A stretch of DNA of 64,000 nt from Acidobacteriota bacterium (lineage in GTDB: Bacteria; Acidobacteriota; UBA890; WLXD01), in contig DASCOT010000033.1 in NCBI GenBank assembly GCA_036012155.1, positions 106 through 64,105 on the forward strand, given 5' to 3'. Shown in pieces: positions 38,893 to 47,834 of this stretch (positions within the stretch are counted from its first letter, which is position 1; each line of letters begins with the position of its first letter). The position numbers were made by a program, and so were the translations under genes. The notes beneath the pieces are model-generated. The model saw nothing but the letters and a program-made list of their open reading frames with translations. It did not search any database and was not told the origin of the DNA.

Positions 38893-39701
38893 GCCCTCCT
38901 CGTTCCGCCGCCCTGCTGGCCGGCGCGGCCCTCGTCTCGTTCGCTTGTGCCTCGGCGGTGCAGCCGCTCGACACGACTTCGGAGCTCGGCCGCGTCGACC
39001 CGGAGAGCATCGACGTGGAGGCGGCTGCGAGCCTCGCGGCCGACGCAGCGCGAGAGTTCGACCGACGACCCGATGCCGACGCGGTGCATCGAGCCGAGGA
39101 TCTTTGGATCCGATCGGCTATCGCCGATCCGTATAGCGCGCTGGCGATCATCGGCGCCGTACAAGCACAGACCTGGCTCGGGGAAAACCTCGACGATGAG
39201 CAGGCCCGCAAGGACAAGGCCACCGAGGCTGTGCAAACGGCCCAGTGGTGCCGCACACGGGAGCCGACAAACCCGGACTGTCACTATTGGCTGGCGATCG
39301 CCGTCGGCGTACAGGCCAATCAGAGACTGGCCACCGCTTCGGACGGACTGCGTGTCATGGAGCGGGAGCTCCGCGCCGCGATCGCCGGGAACGAAGACCT
39401 CGACTATGCGGGGCCCCGCCGCGTGCTATCGCAGATGTTGGTGCGGGCACCGGGCTGGCCCACCGGGCCGGGTGACGATGAGGAAGGCCTCGAACACGCA
39501 CGACGGGCGGTCGAGCTGCACCCTGAGTTCCCCCCCAATCTCCTGGCGCTGGCTGAGGCCTACGCCGCGCTCGACGACGTTCCGGCGAGCCGAGCGACGT
39601 ATCAAAGAGCCATCGACCTGGCCGGCGAGTGGCAGCAACGCGGCCACCCGGATGCAGACGCTTGGATAAAAGCCGGACGCGGCCTCTCAGGCCGAGACTA
39701 G
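38889..39701 (+). CDS. Helical-repeat (TatT/TPR-like) lipoprotein (BstC-like)
   Basis: Lipobox VSFAC, CHYWLAIAVG, DYAGPRRVL...APGWP..GD, AVEL.P.FPPN.LALAEA. ATGA overlap with the previous gene. Confidence 0.65.
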   Translation: MSPPRSAALLAGAALVSFACASAVQPLDTTSELGRVDPESIDVEAAASLAADAAREFDRRPDADAVHRAEDLWIRSAIADPYSALAIIGAVQAQTWLGENLDDEQARKDKATEAVQTAQWCRTREPTNPDCHYWLAIAVGVQANQRLATASDGLRVMERELRAAIAGNEDLDYAGPRRVLSQMLVRAPGWPTGPGDDEEGLEHARRAVELHPEFPPNLLALAEAYAALDDVPASRATYQRAIDLAGEWQQRGHPDADAWIKAGRGLSGRD

Positions 39702-39779
39702 CTGCTCTCGACGCCGCTCCGAGGCGCGGCGCGGCCAGCCATCATGCCGGGCACAGCTCGCAGAGCGCTCTCGACATCA

Positions 39780-40700
39780 TCATGTCGATCGTGCGGTGGT
39801 CGGAACCTCTACTGCGGGAGCGCCGGCGTCGAGGTCCAGGTTCATGGCCTCGACTATCTCGGAAACATCCTCGCGTGAGATCTTCGCGCCGGGGCCACAT
39901 CGCTCGACGAGGGCGAGGGCGACGACCGCGAGCCGTGTCGGTAATGCGCAGAAGGCAACGATGCCGCGAGGCGCATTGGCCGCCTGCAGCGCGTTGGTGT
40001 AGTGAGCGGCAACGATGAGATCTTTGCGCGCCAGGAGGAAGATCTCCCTGCGCTTCAGCGCAGTTGGCAGGTAGCGCCGCCCCTCACGCCGATCGGAGGC
40101 TGCATCCTTCAAAATGTTCACCAGCTGTAGCGCCTCGCCGAACCGCGCCGCTCGCTGGCGTAGGAACTCGACCGACGACGCCAGCTGCGGGCGCCCGAGA
40201 ACGAACAAGTCGGTGCTGAGCTCACCAACGATACCGGCGACCACGTAGCAATACTCACGCAGGTCATCGAGGGAGTCGAGCTTGAGGACGCCATCAACAG
40301 AGCGATTGACGAATCCGGACATACCGGCCGCCGTCCGCAGAGTGTGCTCTCGGATGATCGCCCGTGCTGCCGGTCGCAGACGTTGGTACTCGCGAATCAC
40401 GGCGGCGGATTCGCCGAGTAGCTCCAGGTAGCCGGGGTGATCGATCGGCACAGAAGCTTCCCATCGGTGTCCCAACTCGCCGGCACGCTGCTCGTCGGGC
40501 TCTCGAACAAGGCTCATGAACTCTTCGAGGGCATCGATCCGCTGCTGTCGGTCCCACTCCGACGCATCCTCGAAGGTATCGGCGATACGGAACAGGAGAT
40601 AAGCGATCCCGAGCTCGCGGCGGGTCGGCTCGGGCAGCATCGGAATCGACAGCGCGAACGTGCGGCTGGTTTTCTCGAGAAGGTCTTCGATGCGATCCAT
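39780..40700 (-). CDS. Squalene synthase (single-enzyme, eukaryote-like type) / phytoene synthase family
   Basis: Flap SRTF, RIADTFED, YCYVVAGIVG, LQLVNILKD, D..EGR.YLP. Confidence 0.82.
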   Translation of the reverse strand: MDRIEDLLEKTSRTFALSIPMLPEPTRRELGIAYLLFRIADTFEDASEWDRQQRIDALEEFMSLVREPDEQRAGELGHRWEASVPIDHPGYLELLGESAAVIREYQRLRPAARAIIREHTLRTAAGMSGFVNRSVDGVLKLDSLDDLREYCYVVAGIVGELSTDLFVLGRPQLASSVEFLRQRAARFGEALQLVNILKDAASDRREGRRYLPTALKRREIFLLARKDLIVAAHYTNALQAANAPRGIVAFCALPTRLAVVALALVERCGPGAKISREDVSEIVEAMNLDLDAGAPAVEVPTTARST

Positions 40701-40779
40701 TCGTGCGCCTGGCTTGGGCTGCCCGAGACCCATTATCCACCCTCGCGCTGGCGCGGCCCAGGCGACGGGGTACCGTTGC

Positions 40780-41580
40780 TCAACGCTCTACAATCGTCCC
40801 CGGCACCGGCTCGCCCCGCAGCGCCCGTCGCAAGATACCGGGTCGGCGGCCATCGAGCAGACGGGATCGCACGCCAATGCGGGCCAACGACAGTGCGGTC
40901 TCGAGACGATGTCGCATGCCACCCGTCACGTCGGTTGCTGCCGCACCACCCACCAAACTACGGGCATGCCTGGCGTCGCGCAGACGCACTCGAGCAACGC
41001 TCGCCCCGGCCTCATCGAGAATGCCGTCCGTGTCACCGAGCCACAGCGCTTCGGAAATCTGCCAATCCGACGATCGCAGTGAACGAGCGAACGTCAGCAA
41101 GGCGGTCTCGGTGGAGCAGATCGAGCAGCCACGTTGTCGGTCCATGACAATGTCGCCATACGTGACCGGCAACATCCCGCTATCGAGCGCTCGCTGAAGC
41201 GGCTCCAGGTAGACGCGCGGCCGAAGACCGGGGCCACGACCGACAATGGCGCTCGAAGGAGCCACCGAATAGCCGGCCACGCCCGCATCACGTAGGGCCG
41301 CCATCACAATCCCGTGGAGCTCGGAAGCGGCAGCCTGGGTTTGCGAAACGCCAGTCAGCGCCCGCCGTCCGACCATTCCGTCCTGAATGCCCGATGCGGC
41401 TGCAGCAACGTGCCCGAACGACCCACTGCCATGTCCTAGCAACATCGCGGATGGAGAGCGGCGGGTGAGCGTCGCGATCTCGCGGGCGATTCGTGAAAGC
41501 TCGCTGCGCCTGACCGTCCGACGGCGGCGCTTTTGGGTGATCAGGCTTCCTCCGAGCTTGATCATCACGAGATCGCTCAA
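40780..41580 (-). CDS. ipk: Isopentenyl phosphate kinase (amino-acid-kinase fold)
   Basis: IKLGGSLIT, GHGSGSFGH (IPK His signature), PVTYGD, DVTGGM. TTG start overlapping the mvaD stop. Confidence 0.85.
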   Translation of the reverse strand: MSDLVMIKLGGSLITQKRRRRTVRRSELSRIAREIATLTRRSPSAMLLGHGSGSFGHVAAAASGIQDGMVGRRALTGVSQTQAAASELHGIVMAALRDAGVAGYSVAPSSAIVGRGPGLRPRVYLEPLQRALDSGMLPVTYGDIVMDRQRGCSICSTETALLTFARSLRSSDWQISEALWLGDTDGILDEAGASVARVRLRDARHARSLVGGAAATDVTGGMRHRLETALSLARIGVRSRLLDGRRPGILRRALRGEPVPGTIVER

Positions 41581-42602
41581 GACCGCAGCCCATCGACCGC
41601 GTCGAGGAGGGATGTCGGTAGGCGCCGTGGGCCCGGGCCCACACCGTCGCGGATCACTGCCTGAACACCGTCGATCGCTGCCAGGCGGGCTGCCACTTCT
41701 GCCTCGTCGTCGGCAGAACAGATGACGTGCACGTTGGCTCCGGCGTCCATCGTTGCCCACGCCGAGGTTCCGTCGCTCCGCAAGGTACGCACGTGGTCCA
41801 GCACGCGAAGCGTCGCCGGTAGCCAGTAGAAGATCGGAGGCTGCGAAGACATGGCGACCAGGTGCAACTCGATTGCGTCTTCCTCGATCACCGGGCCGAG
41901 CCGATTCAAGTCGCGCGCCTCGATGGCGTCACGTACCCGCTCCAGGCGCGCCGGGATCAGCTCCTGCCGGCGCGCGAAGTGTGGACTACCGACAGCGCCG
42001 GCGTGTCCGTCGAGTGATGACACCGCCTTCGGGCCAGTCTGTACGATCACGATCACATCGCGTAAGTCCCAGTGTGAGGCCGTCGCCAGCGGCGCAGCAC
42101 GCCACGGGTCCGTCTCGCCGCCATCCGGCCACTGCACATAGCCACCGAAGACCGATCGCGCCGCGGACCCAGAGCCCGACAGCCGCGCCAGATTCGACAG
42201 CTCATCGGCCGCCGGCTCGCGCCCGAGGGCTCCCAGCACCGCCAGGGTGAGGGCGGCGAATCCAGAAGCCGACGAGGCGATGCCCGCGGCGGCGGGGAAG
42301 CTATTCCGCGTCGCGACCCGGAAGCCCACATCGACGTCGGCCCAGAGTCGCAACCTACGCAGATGCTCGACGATACGTCGCTGGAAGGTGCCTTGGGCCC
42401 GATGCCACCGGTCATCGGTGCACATCCAGACCACGTCCGTGGCTCCCGTCGCGATCGTCTCGACGCTCGTCCGTGTAACGCACTCGCGCAACGACATCGA
42501 GATCGAGGCGTTGAGTGGGATGGCTTTTTCCAGGTCAGCCGCCCCCCAGTACTTCACGAAGGCAATGTTGGAGGGTGCCTCGATAGTAGCGCGGCCACTC
42601 AT
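41577..42602 (-). CDS. mvaD: Mevalonate (di)phosphate decarboxylase, probably phosphomevalonate decarboxylase
   Basis: SNIAFVKYWG, NSFP.AAGIASSASGFAA, ARLSGSGSAARS, TMDAGANVH. Confidence 0.9.
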   Translation of the reverse strand: MSGRATIEAPSNIAFVKYWGAADLEKAIPLNASISMSLRECVTRTSVETIATGATDVVWMCTDDRWHRAQGTFQRRIVEHLRRLRLWADVDVGFRVATRNSFPAAAGIASSASGFAALTLAVLGALGREPAADELSNLARLSGSGSAARSVFGGYVQWPDGGETDPWRAAPLATASHWDLRDVIVIVQTGPKAVSSLDGHAGAVGSPHFARRQELIPARLERVRDAIEARDLNRLGPVIEEDAIELHLVAMSSQPPIFYWLPATLRVLDHVRTLRSDGTSAWATMDAGANVHVICSADDEAEVAARLAAIDGVQAVIRDGVGPGPRRLPTSLLDAVDGLRS

Positions 42603-43717
42603 GCCACGGCCTCGACGCGGACGCCCTCGACACCTAGTGACAGATCATGCTCCGGAAGCGCGGCGAGCGGCTCAGGAAGAGACTCGATGTCCTCCGGCAG
42701 AAGCACCATCAAACACCCGGCACCTGGACCCGCGAGCGACCCCGAACCGGAGATCTTGGCCCCGCCGCCCACTGCCTCGATGGCGCGAACAACCTCGCAG
42801 ACCGGCGTTGGCACCACCCCGAGCGACTCGAGGTAGCGCTGGGCATCGCGGATCGCCAGAATCGCATCGATCGTCTCCGATGATCCAGTAACGGCGTCCT
42901 GGAACGCCAGGACCGCGAATTCGGCGTCGTTCAGCGACTCCTCGAAGTGATTCGGGCTGCGGTCGCGCTGGGCTCGAACTGCTGCGACCACCGTGCCAGT
43001 GGGCTCTGCGGAGCGACCCGTGTCGAAGACACGCAACCGCCGCAGCGTGTCGGGGTGCGCCGCCAGCGGCTCGATCGACAGATCTTCTCCGGCCCGACGA
43101 GCACGTAAAACGCCGCCGTGGAACACGGTCGCGCCATCCACACCCGACGGTGCGCCGTGCTGGCGGCGCTCTACCTCACGCGCGATCGGACCGATCAGCG
43201 ACCAGCGCTCCGCCCTGCCAGAGGCGGCACAGATCGCCGCCACCACCGCCACAGCGGCAGCAGCCGAGCTCCCGAAGCCGGTACCCACGGGCACTGCCGA
43301 GCTCACTTGAAGGCGTAGCGCGCCCAACGGATGGTCCTGCGTGTCGGGCACCTCGCCGAGTGCGCTGACAGCCTCCGCCAGCGCGATCAGTACCAATCGG
43401 TCAGCGCGGTCGTCCTGAAGACGAGCGAACGCCTCAGGTGTAGGGGAGGTGTCGTAACGCTCCCACCGATGCCGCATGCGGCTCGCATAATCCATGATCT
43501 CCGGCCAGGAGACATGACCGCAGTGCCCCAGCTCCGGCAGATCCACTTCCACCCCCGCTTCGCATCCACGATACAGATCGACGCGCAACCGCCGGCTCGT
43601 GGCCGCCGCCAGCGCTGGGCGACCGTAAACAACAGCATGCTCGCCCATGAGGATGAGCTTCCCGGGGGCCGATACGCGCGTCAACAGGAGCCGTTCGGGC
43701 GGCGGCGTTGTACTCAT
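42599..43717 (-). CDS. mvk: Mevalonate kinase
   Basis: APGKLILMGEHAVVYG, PVGTGFGSSAA, E..QHG.PSGVD, KISGSG. Confidence 0.9.
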   Translation of the reverse strand: MSTTPPPERLLLTRVSAPGKLILMGEHAVVYGRPALAAATSRRLRVDLYRGCEAGVEVDLPELGHCGHVSWPEIMDYASRMRHRWERYDTSPTPEAFARLQDDRADRLVLIALAEAVSALGEVPDTQDHPLGALRLQVSSAVPVGTGFGSSAAAAVAVVAAICAASGRAERWSLIGPIAREVERRQHGAPSGVDGATVFHGGVLRARRAGEDLSIEPLAAHPDTLRRLRVFDTGRSAEPTGTVVAAVRAQRDRSPNHFEESLNDAEFAVLAFQDAVTGSSETIDAILAIRDAQRYLESLGVVPTPVCEVVRAIEAVGGGAKISGSGSLAGPGAGCLMVLLPEDIESLPEPLAALPEHDLSLGVEGVRVEAVA

Positions 43718-43728
43718 CCGGCGAGTGC

Positions 43729-44982
43729 CTAGCTACCGGCCCGGGCGCGCCGTCCCAGTCGCTCATGGGCACCGGCGAGATCCTGGGAGGTAAATGCGGC
43801 CAGCAGCGACAACTCGCCGGCAAGAACGGCAGCGCCGAGGATCTCGGCCAACCGCAGCACTGCGACGCCAGGTCGATCGGGTTCCGGCTCTACGCCGAGC
43901 AAAGCCAGCGCCTCGCGTTGCGTGTCGAGCGCGGTGCCACCGCCGATGGCGGCCAGTGGGACGGCGGGCAAGTACATTGAAGCCACCACGCTGCCTTCTT
44001 CACCCGCTTCGATGGAGGTGACTCCCATCGATCCTTCCACCACGTGCGCCGGATCCTGTCCGGTGGCAAGGAACACCGCCGCAAGGACGTTCGCCACGTG
44101 GGCATTGAAACCGATAGAACCGGCGGCGATCGAGCCCAGCAGGTTCTTACGGTACTGCACCTCGAGCAGCTCGGGCGCACTGGTCTTCAGGCGCTCCAAG
44201 ACCTCGGCACTGAGCGTGACCTGGGCGTGTATGCGCTTGCCGCGGCCTTCCTGGAAGTTGACTGCGGCGGGCTTCTTGTCCGTACAGTAGTTGCCGGACA
44301 GAGCCACGCAGCGCACGCCAGTGGCGGGCTCGATCAGCTCGCGTACCAGCTGATCACAGGCGATCGTAGCCATGTTCATGCCCATGGCGTCGCCCGATCG
44401 AAACCTGAAGCGCAGGAAGATCGTGGTCCCGAAGGCATATGGGCGGATATCCACGAGCTGCAGGAAACGGCTCGTGCCTTCAGCCACCGTGCGAATCTCT
44501 TCCTCGCTGTCGCTCACCCACCGGAGAAAATCGCGCGTCTGCCGGAGGCCACTAGAGCGAAACACGGGCGCGCGGGTCATGCCGACATCCTCCACATACA
44601 CCGTGGCACCGCCAGCAGCCCGGATCGCTGAGCAGCCTCGGTTGATACTGGCGACGAGCGCGCCCTCCGTTGTAGCAAGGGGAACATAGACCTCCTCGTC
44701 TACATGGTCGCCGCGCACGAGGAGTGGCCCAGCCACTCCGATCGGCACCTGGGCCACACCGATCATGTTCTCGCAGTGGCTGTCGGCGACGCGCGACGCG
44801 TCAAACGAGTACTTCCCGATGTTTGTCAACGCGGCACCGGTAAGACGCTCGAGCGCCTGTCGCCGAACGGCGGCGGCATCGTCGGCGTTGAGATCGGGCG
44901 GCAGCTGATGAAAGCGCCTCGTGCCCTGGACAATCTCTAGTACCAGCGAATCCAAGTCGAGTAGTCCGTCCTTGCGAGTCAT
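43729..44982 (-). CDS. hmgA: Class I (NADPH) HMG-CoA reductase
   Basis: CENMIG, PLATTEGALVAS, GDAMGMNM, SGNYCTDKK, GGGT, GELSLLAA..H. Confidence 0.93.
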   Translation of the reverse strand: MTRKDGLLDLDSLVLEIVQGTRRFHQLPPDLNADDAAAVRRQALERLTGAALTNIGKYSFDASRVADSHCENMIGVAQVPIGVAGPLLVRGDHVDEEVYVPLATTEGALVASINRGCSAIRAAGGATVYVEDVGMTRAPVFRSSGLRQTRDFLRWVSDSEEEIRTVAEGTSRFLQLVDIRPYAFGTTIFLRFRFRSGDAMGMNMATIACDQLVRELIEPATGVRCVALSGNYCTDKKPAAVNFQEGRGKRIHAQVTLSAEVLERLKTSAPELLEVQYRKNLLGSIAAGSIGFNAHVANVLAAVFLATGQDPAHVVEGSMGVTSIEAGEEGSVVASMYLPAVPLAAIGGGTALDTQREALALLGVEPEPDRPGVAVLRLAEILGAAVLAGELSLLAAFTSQDLAGAHERLGRRARAGS

Positions 44983-46025
44983 GGGCGGCCTGCTCGATCG
45001 ATCAGAGTTACCTCGCGCAGATCGGCCAGCGTCCGAGTCCCGGCACAGAACATCGACACCCTGAGCTCAGTCAAGGCACGCTCGATCCGTGCCACCACCG
45101 CATCCGCGGACTCCATCGCCGCCCCGAGAAAGGGATGCGCCAGGCCCACCATGTGAGCTCCGAGCGCCACGGCCTTGGCCACGTCGATGCCAGTACGGAT
45201 CCCGCCGCTACCGATGACGGTAACGCCCGGCACTTTAGCGACGGCCCGTATGCTGTCGGGTGTGGAAATGCCCCAGTCGGCGAACGTCGCACCGAGCTCG
45301 AGGTCGGCGGCACGCTGCGCTTCGATGCGCGCCCAGTTGGTGCCCCCATGCCCCGCGGTGTCGATAATGCGGACACCGGCCTCCGCCAGCCGCTCGGCCA
45401 CCGCCAGCGATATGCCCATACCGATCTCCTTGACGATCACCGGCACCTCGAGCTTGCCGACAATCGCCTCGATCTTGGGCAGCAGGTTGGCAAAGTTGAC
45501 ATCACCCTCAGGCTGAATGGCCTCCTGAAGAGGGTTCAGGTGCAGCACCAGCGCGTCGGCGTCGATCATGCGAACCGCCGCCTGGCACTCGGCAAGACCG
45601 TAGCCGCAGTTCAGTTGAACTGCTCCTAGATTAGCCAGCAGCGGCACCGTGGGGGCGTAGTCGCGAACCTGGAAGGTCGCCTGCAGCGACTCGTCCTCCA
45701 ACGCCTTTCTTTGCGAACCTACGCCGACGGCAACGCCGGCACGCTCGGCGGCAATTGCCAGGTTGCGGTTGATTCGCGCCGCGTCGGCAGTGCCGCCGGT
45801 CATGCAAGAAATCAGCAGCGGAGCCATCAACGGCTTGCCGAGAAACTCAGTGCTGAGATCGATTTCGGCCAAGTCCAGCTCGGGAAGCGCACAGTGTTCC
45901 AACTGCCAGCTGTCGAAGCCGCGGCCGTCCTGCTGCATGCGGTCGTCGAGGGCTAGCTGGATGTGCTCGGCTTTGCGGTCGCGCTCGGCCGGCGACTTCG
46001 CAGCCGGTGAGTCTGTACTGCTCAT
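44979..46025 (-). CDS. fni: Type 2 isopentenyl-diphosphate delta-isomerase
   Basis: RKAEHI, MTGG, GSQR, NLGAVQL, HLNPLQE..QPEGD, VKE.G.G, GGTNW, SGGIRTG.D. Confidence 0.93.
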   Translation of the reverse strand: MSSTDSPAAKSPAERDRKAEHIQLALDDRMQQDGRGFDSWQLEHCALPELDLAEIDLSTEFLGKPLMAPLLISCMTGGTADAARINRNLAIAAERAGVAVGVGSQRKALEDESLQATFQVRDYAPTVPLLANLGAVQLNCGYGLAECQAAVRMIDADALVLHLNPLQEAIQPEGDVNFANLLPKIEAIVGKLEVPVIVKEIGMGISLAVAERLAEAGVRIIDTAGHGGTNWARIEAQRAADLELGATFADWGISTPDSIRAVAKVPGVTVIGSGGIRTGIDVAKAVALGAHMVGLAHPFLGAAMESADAVVARIERALTELRVSMFCAGTRTLADLREVTLIDRAGRP

Positions 46026-46040
46026 GCGTACTCGCAACGC

Positions 46041-46067
46041 GGCATCGGCATCGGCATCGGCATCGGC
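46041..46067. repeat. (GGCATC)x4.5 hexamer microsatellite
   Basis: ggcatcggcatcggcatcggcatcggc, 16 bp upstream of the fni ATG at 46025. Confidence 0.9.
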
Positions 46068-46193
46068 GACGCACGAGAGGCGGGCGCGCGGCATTCTAGA
46101 CCAGCACAGCGCGCCGAGGGCGTGAGGATCCGAGTGTCGTTGACACCTTGGGGCATGTCAATGCCGCGTGCTGACACCGGGCGGCGATCACAA

Positions 46194-46946
46194 CTACGCC
46201 AACGTGGCAACCAATCCCTCGGCAAAATCAGCCAGCGTGCCGGCGCACTTGCGCATGCGCGACCGTAGCCGGACGATGCTGCCCCACGAGCGTGGTCGCC
46301 AGACCGTCTTCCAGAACACCTGGCGCTTGTCGATGCTGCCGTCTTGCGCACGGCAATCCTCCAAGTAGTCAGGCAGCACCTCATCGGCGGCATCGCTGAT
46401 GGCCCGCGCGATCAGGTACGGAAGATTGTAGGCCACCGCCACCCTGGCGAAACACGCCGACTCCATGTCAGCGGCGGCGGGCTGATCGCGCCATGTGCGC
46501 CCCCACCACTCCGACTTGCTCGAGGGCGTCGCCAAGATCTCGTCGACCGTAACCAACCGTCCGAGGTCGTAGTCCAAATGAAGAGTTGCTTCCTCCAACC
46601 ATTGCAGGTCTGGACAGGCGAGCGTTTGTTCTCCCTCCATGACCTCGCTTGATACCACCAAGTCACCAACCGCAAGATCGACCGACAGCGCGCCTCCCAG
46701 ACCGACGGCAAGGACGCGTGTCGGAGCACATGTCTGGATTAGCCGTCGAATTCCGAGGTCGGCGTTGCGCTTACCGTCACCGGTAACCGCAAGCACTACC
46801 TGAACCCCGCGCAGCTTGCCGACCACGTAGTTACGGGGGCCGTCCTTGATCTCCTCGGACACCAACACGCGCTCGCGCAATGGTGCGAGCTCATCCTCCC
46901 GCGCCGCGACGATTGCCACGAGCTCTTCGCGATCTTCTGCCATCAT
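46194..46946 (-). CDS. Nucleoside phosphorylase/nucleosidase family, HpnG-like
   Basis: TGDG..NA, VG.GGAL..L.VGD.V, DMES, RAISD, and C-terminal helix VWRP..W..IVRL. Confidence 0.75.
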   Translation of the reverse strand: MMAEDREELVAIVAAREDELAPLRERVLVSEEIKDGPRNYVVGKLRGVQVVLAVTGDGKRNADLGIRRLIQTCAPTRVLAVGLGGALSVDLAVGDLVVSSEVMEGEQTLACPDLQWLEEATLHLDYDLGRLVTVDEILATPSSKSEWWGRTWRDQPAAADMESACFARVAVAYNLPYLIARAISDAADEVLPDYLEDCRAQDGSIDKRQVFWKTVWRPRSWGSIVRLRSRMRKCAGTLADFAEGLVATLA

Positions 46947-47029
46947 GAGAGTCTATCCGTAGGAGGCTGCGTGCAGCGGTCACCCCCCCTACCGCGCAAG
47001 GGATGGGTCACAAGACAGGGAGCCAACGG

Positions 47030-47761
47030 ATGGTGATGCGGTACGCGGTCTACCTCCCGTGCGTAACGGTCGGGGTGATGATCGGCGCGGTAGCGGCGAT
47101 TCATGTCGGCGCCATCGGCCCGTTGGGCGGCTTCAGCCTCTTCGTTCTGTCCTGGGCCCTGGGCGGAGTGCTCAGCGGCTTGCTGGGCCTGCTCACATGG
47201 CGACGGGCCCGTCGAGATTCGCGATCCCCGGCAGCAGGCCAACGGGGACTCGCCGGCGGCGCACTATTGGTGCTCGCGCTCATCATCACGGTATTGCGGA
47301 TCGACGCACCCGCGATCCACGACATCACCACGTCACCCGACGATGCGCCCTCATACCGCGCTGCCCTGGACCACGAGGACAACGCGGGCCGTGACCTAAC
47401 CTACCCACACGGCGGCGATGATGTCAGCGTCCAGCAAAGACGTGCCTACCCGGATCTGCGAACCATCGTGCTCGACCTCGACGCCGGCGCGGCGCATTCG
47501 GCCTCGCTCCAGGCGGCGGAGGCAATCGGCTTGACCATCGCCTTCAGCAGCCGCATGGATGGCCACATCGAGGCCTATGCCGTATCGAGTATCTTTGCCT
47601 TCGTCGACGATGTCGTGGTGCGCATTCGTCCTTCGGCGTCGGGATCTGCGGTTGACGTACGCTCCACGTCGCGCCTCGGCCGAAGTGATCTGGGGGCCAA
47701 CGCAGCGCGCATTCGGGCGTTCGCGTTGGCACTGGGAGCGCCGTTCGATTCCGGTAGCTAG
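47030..47761 (+). CDS. DUF1499-domain membrane protein
   Basis: Three TM helices, IHDITT, QRRAYPDL, FAFVDDVVVR, VDVRSTSRLGRSDLGANAARI. Confidence 0.85.
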   Translation: MVMRYAVYLPCVTVGVMIGAVAAIHVGAIGPLGGFSLFVLSWALGGVLSGLLGLLTWRRARRDSRSPAAGQRGLAGGALLVLALIITVLRIDAPAIHDITTSPDDAPSYRAALDHEDNAGRDLTYPHGGDDVSVQQRRAYPDLRTIVLDLDAGAAHSASLQAAEAIGLTIAFSSRMDGHIEAYAVSSIFAFVDDVVVRIRPSASGSAVDVRSTSRLGRSDLGANAARIRAFALALGAPFDSGS

Positions 47762-47834
47762 CTGACGGCTACAGCCCGCGCCATGGCCTCGACAGGCCGA
47801 ACGAGCCTCTGCGGGTCGCATTGCGCCACGGCTG

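Noticed and set aside
42599-43717. GHMP kinase as phosphomevalonate kinase completing a classical pathway
   Set aside because: GEHAVVYG and HG.PSGVD are mevalonate kinase signatures, and only one such kinase is in the operon.
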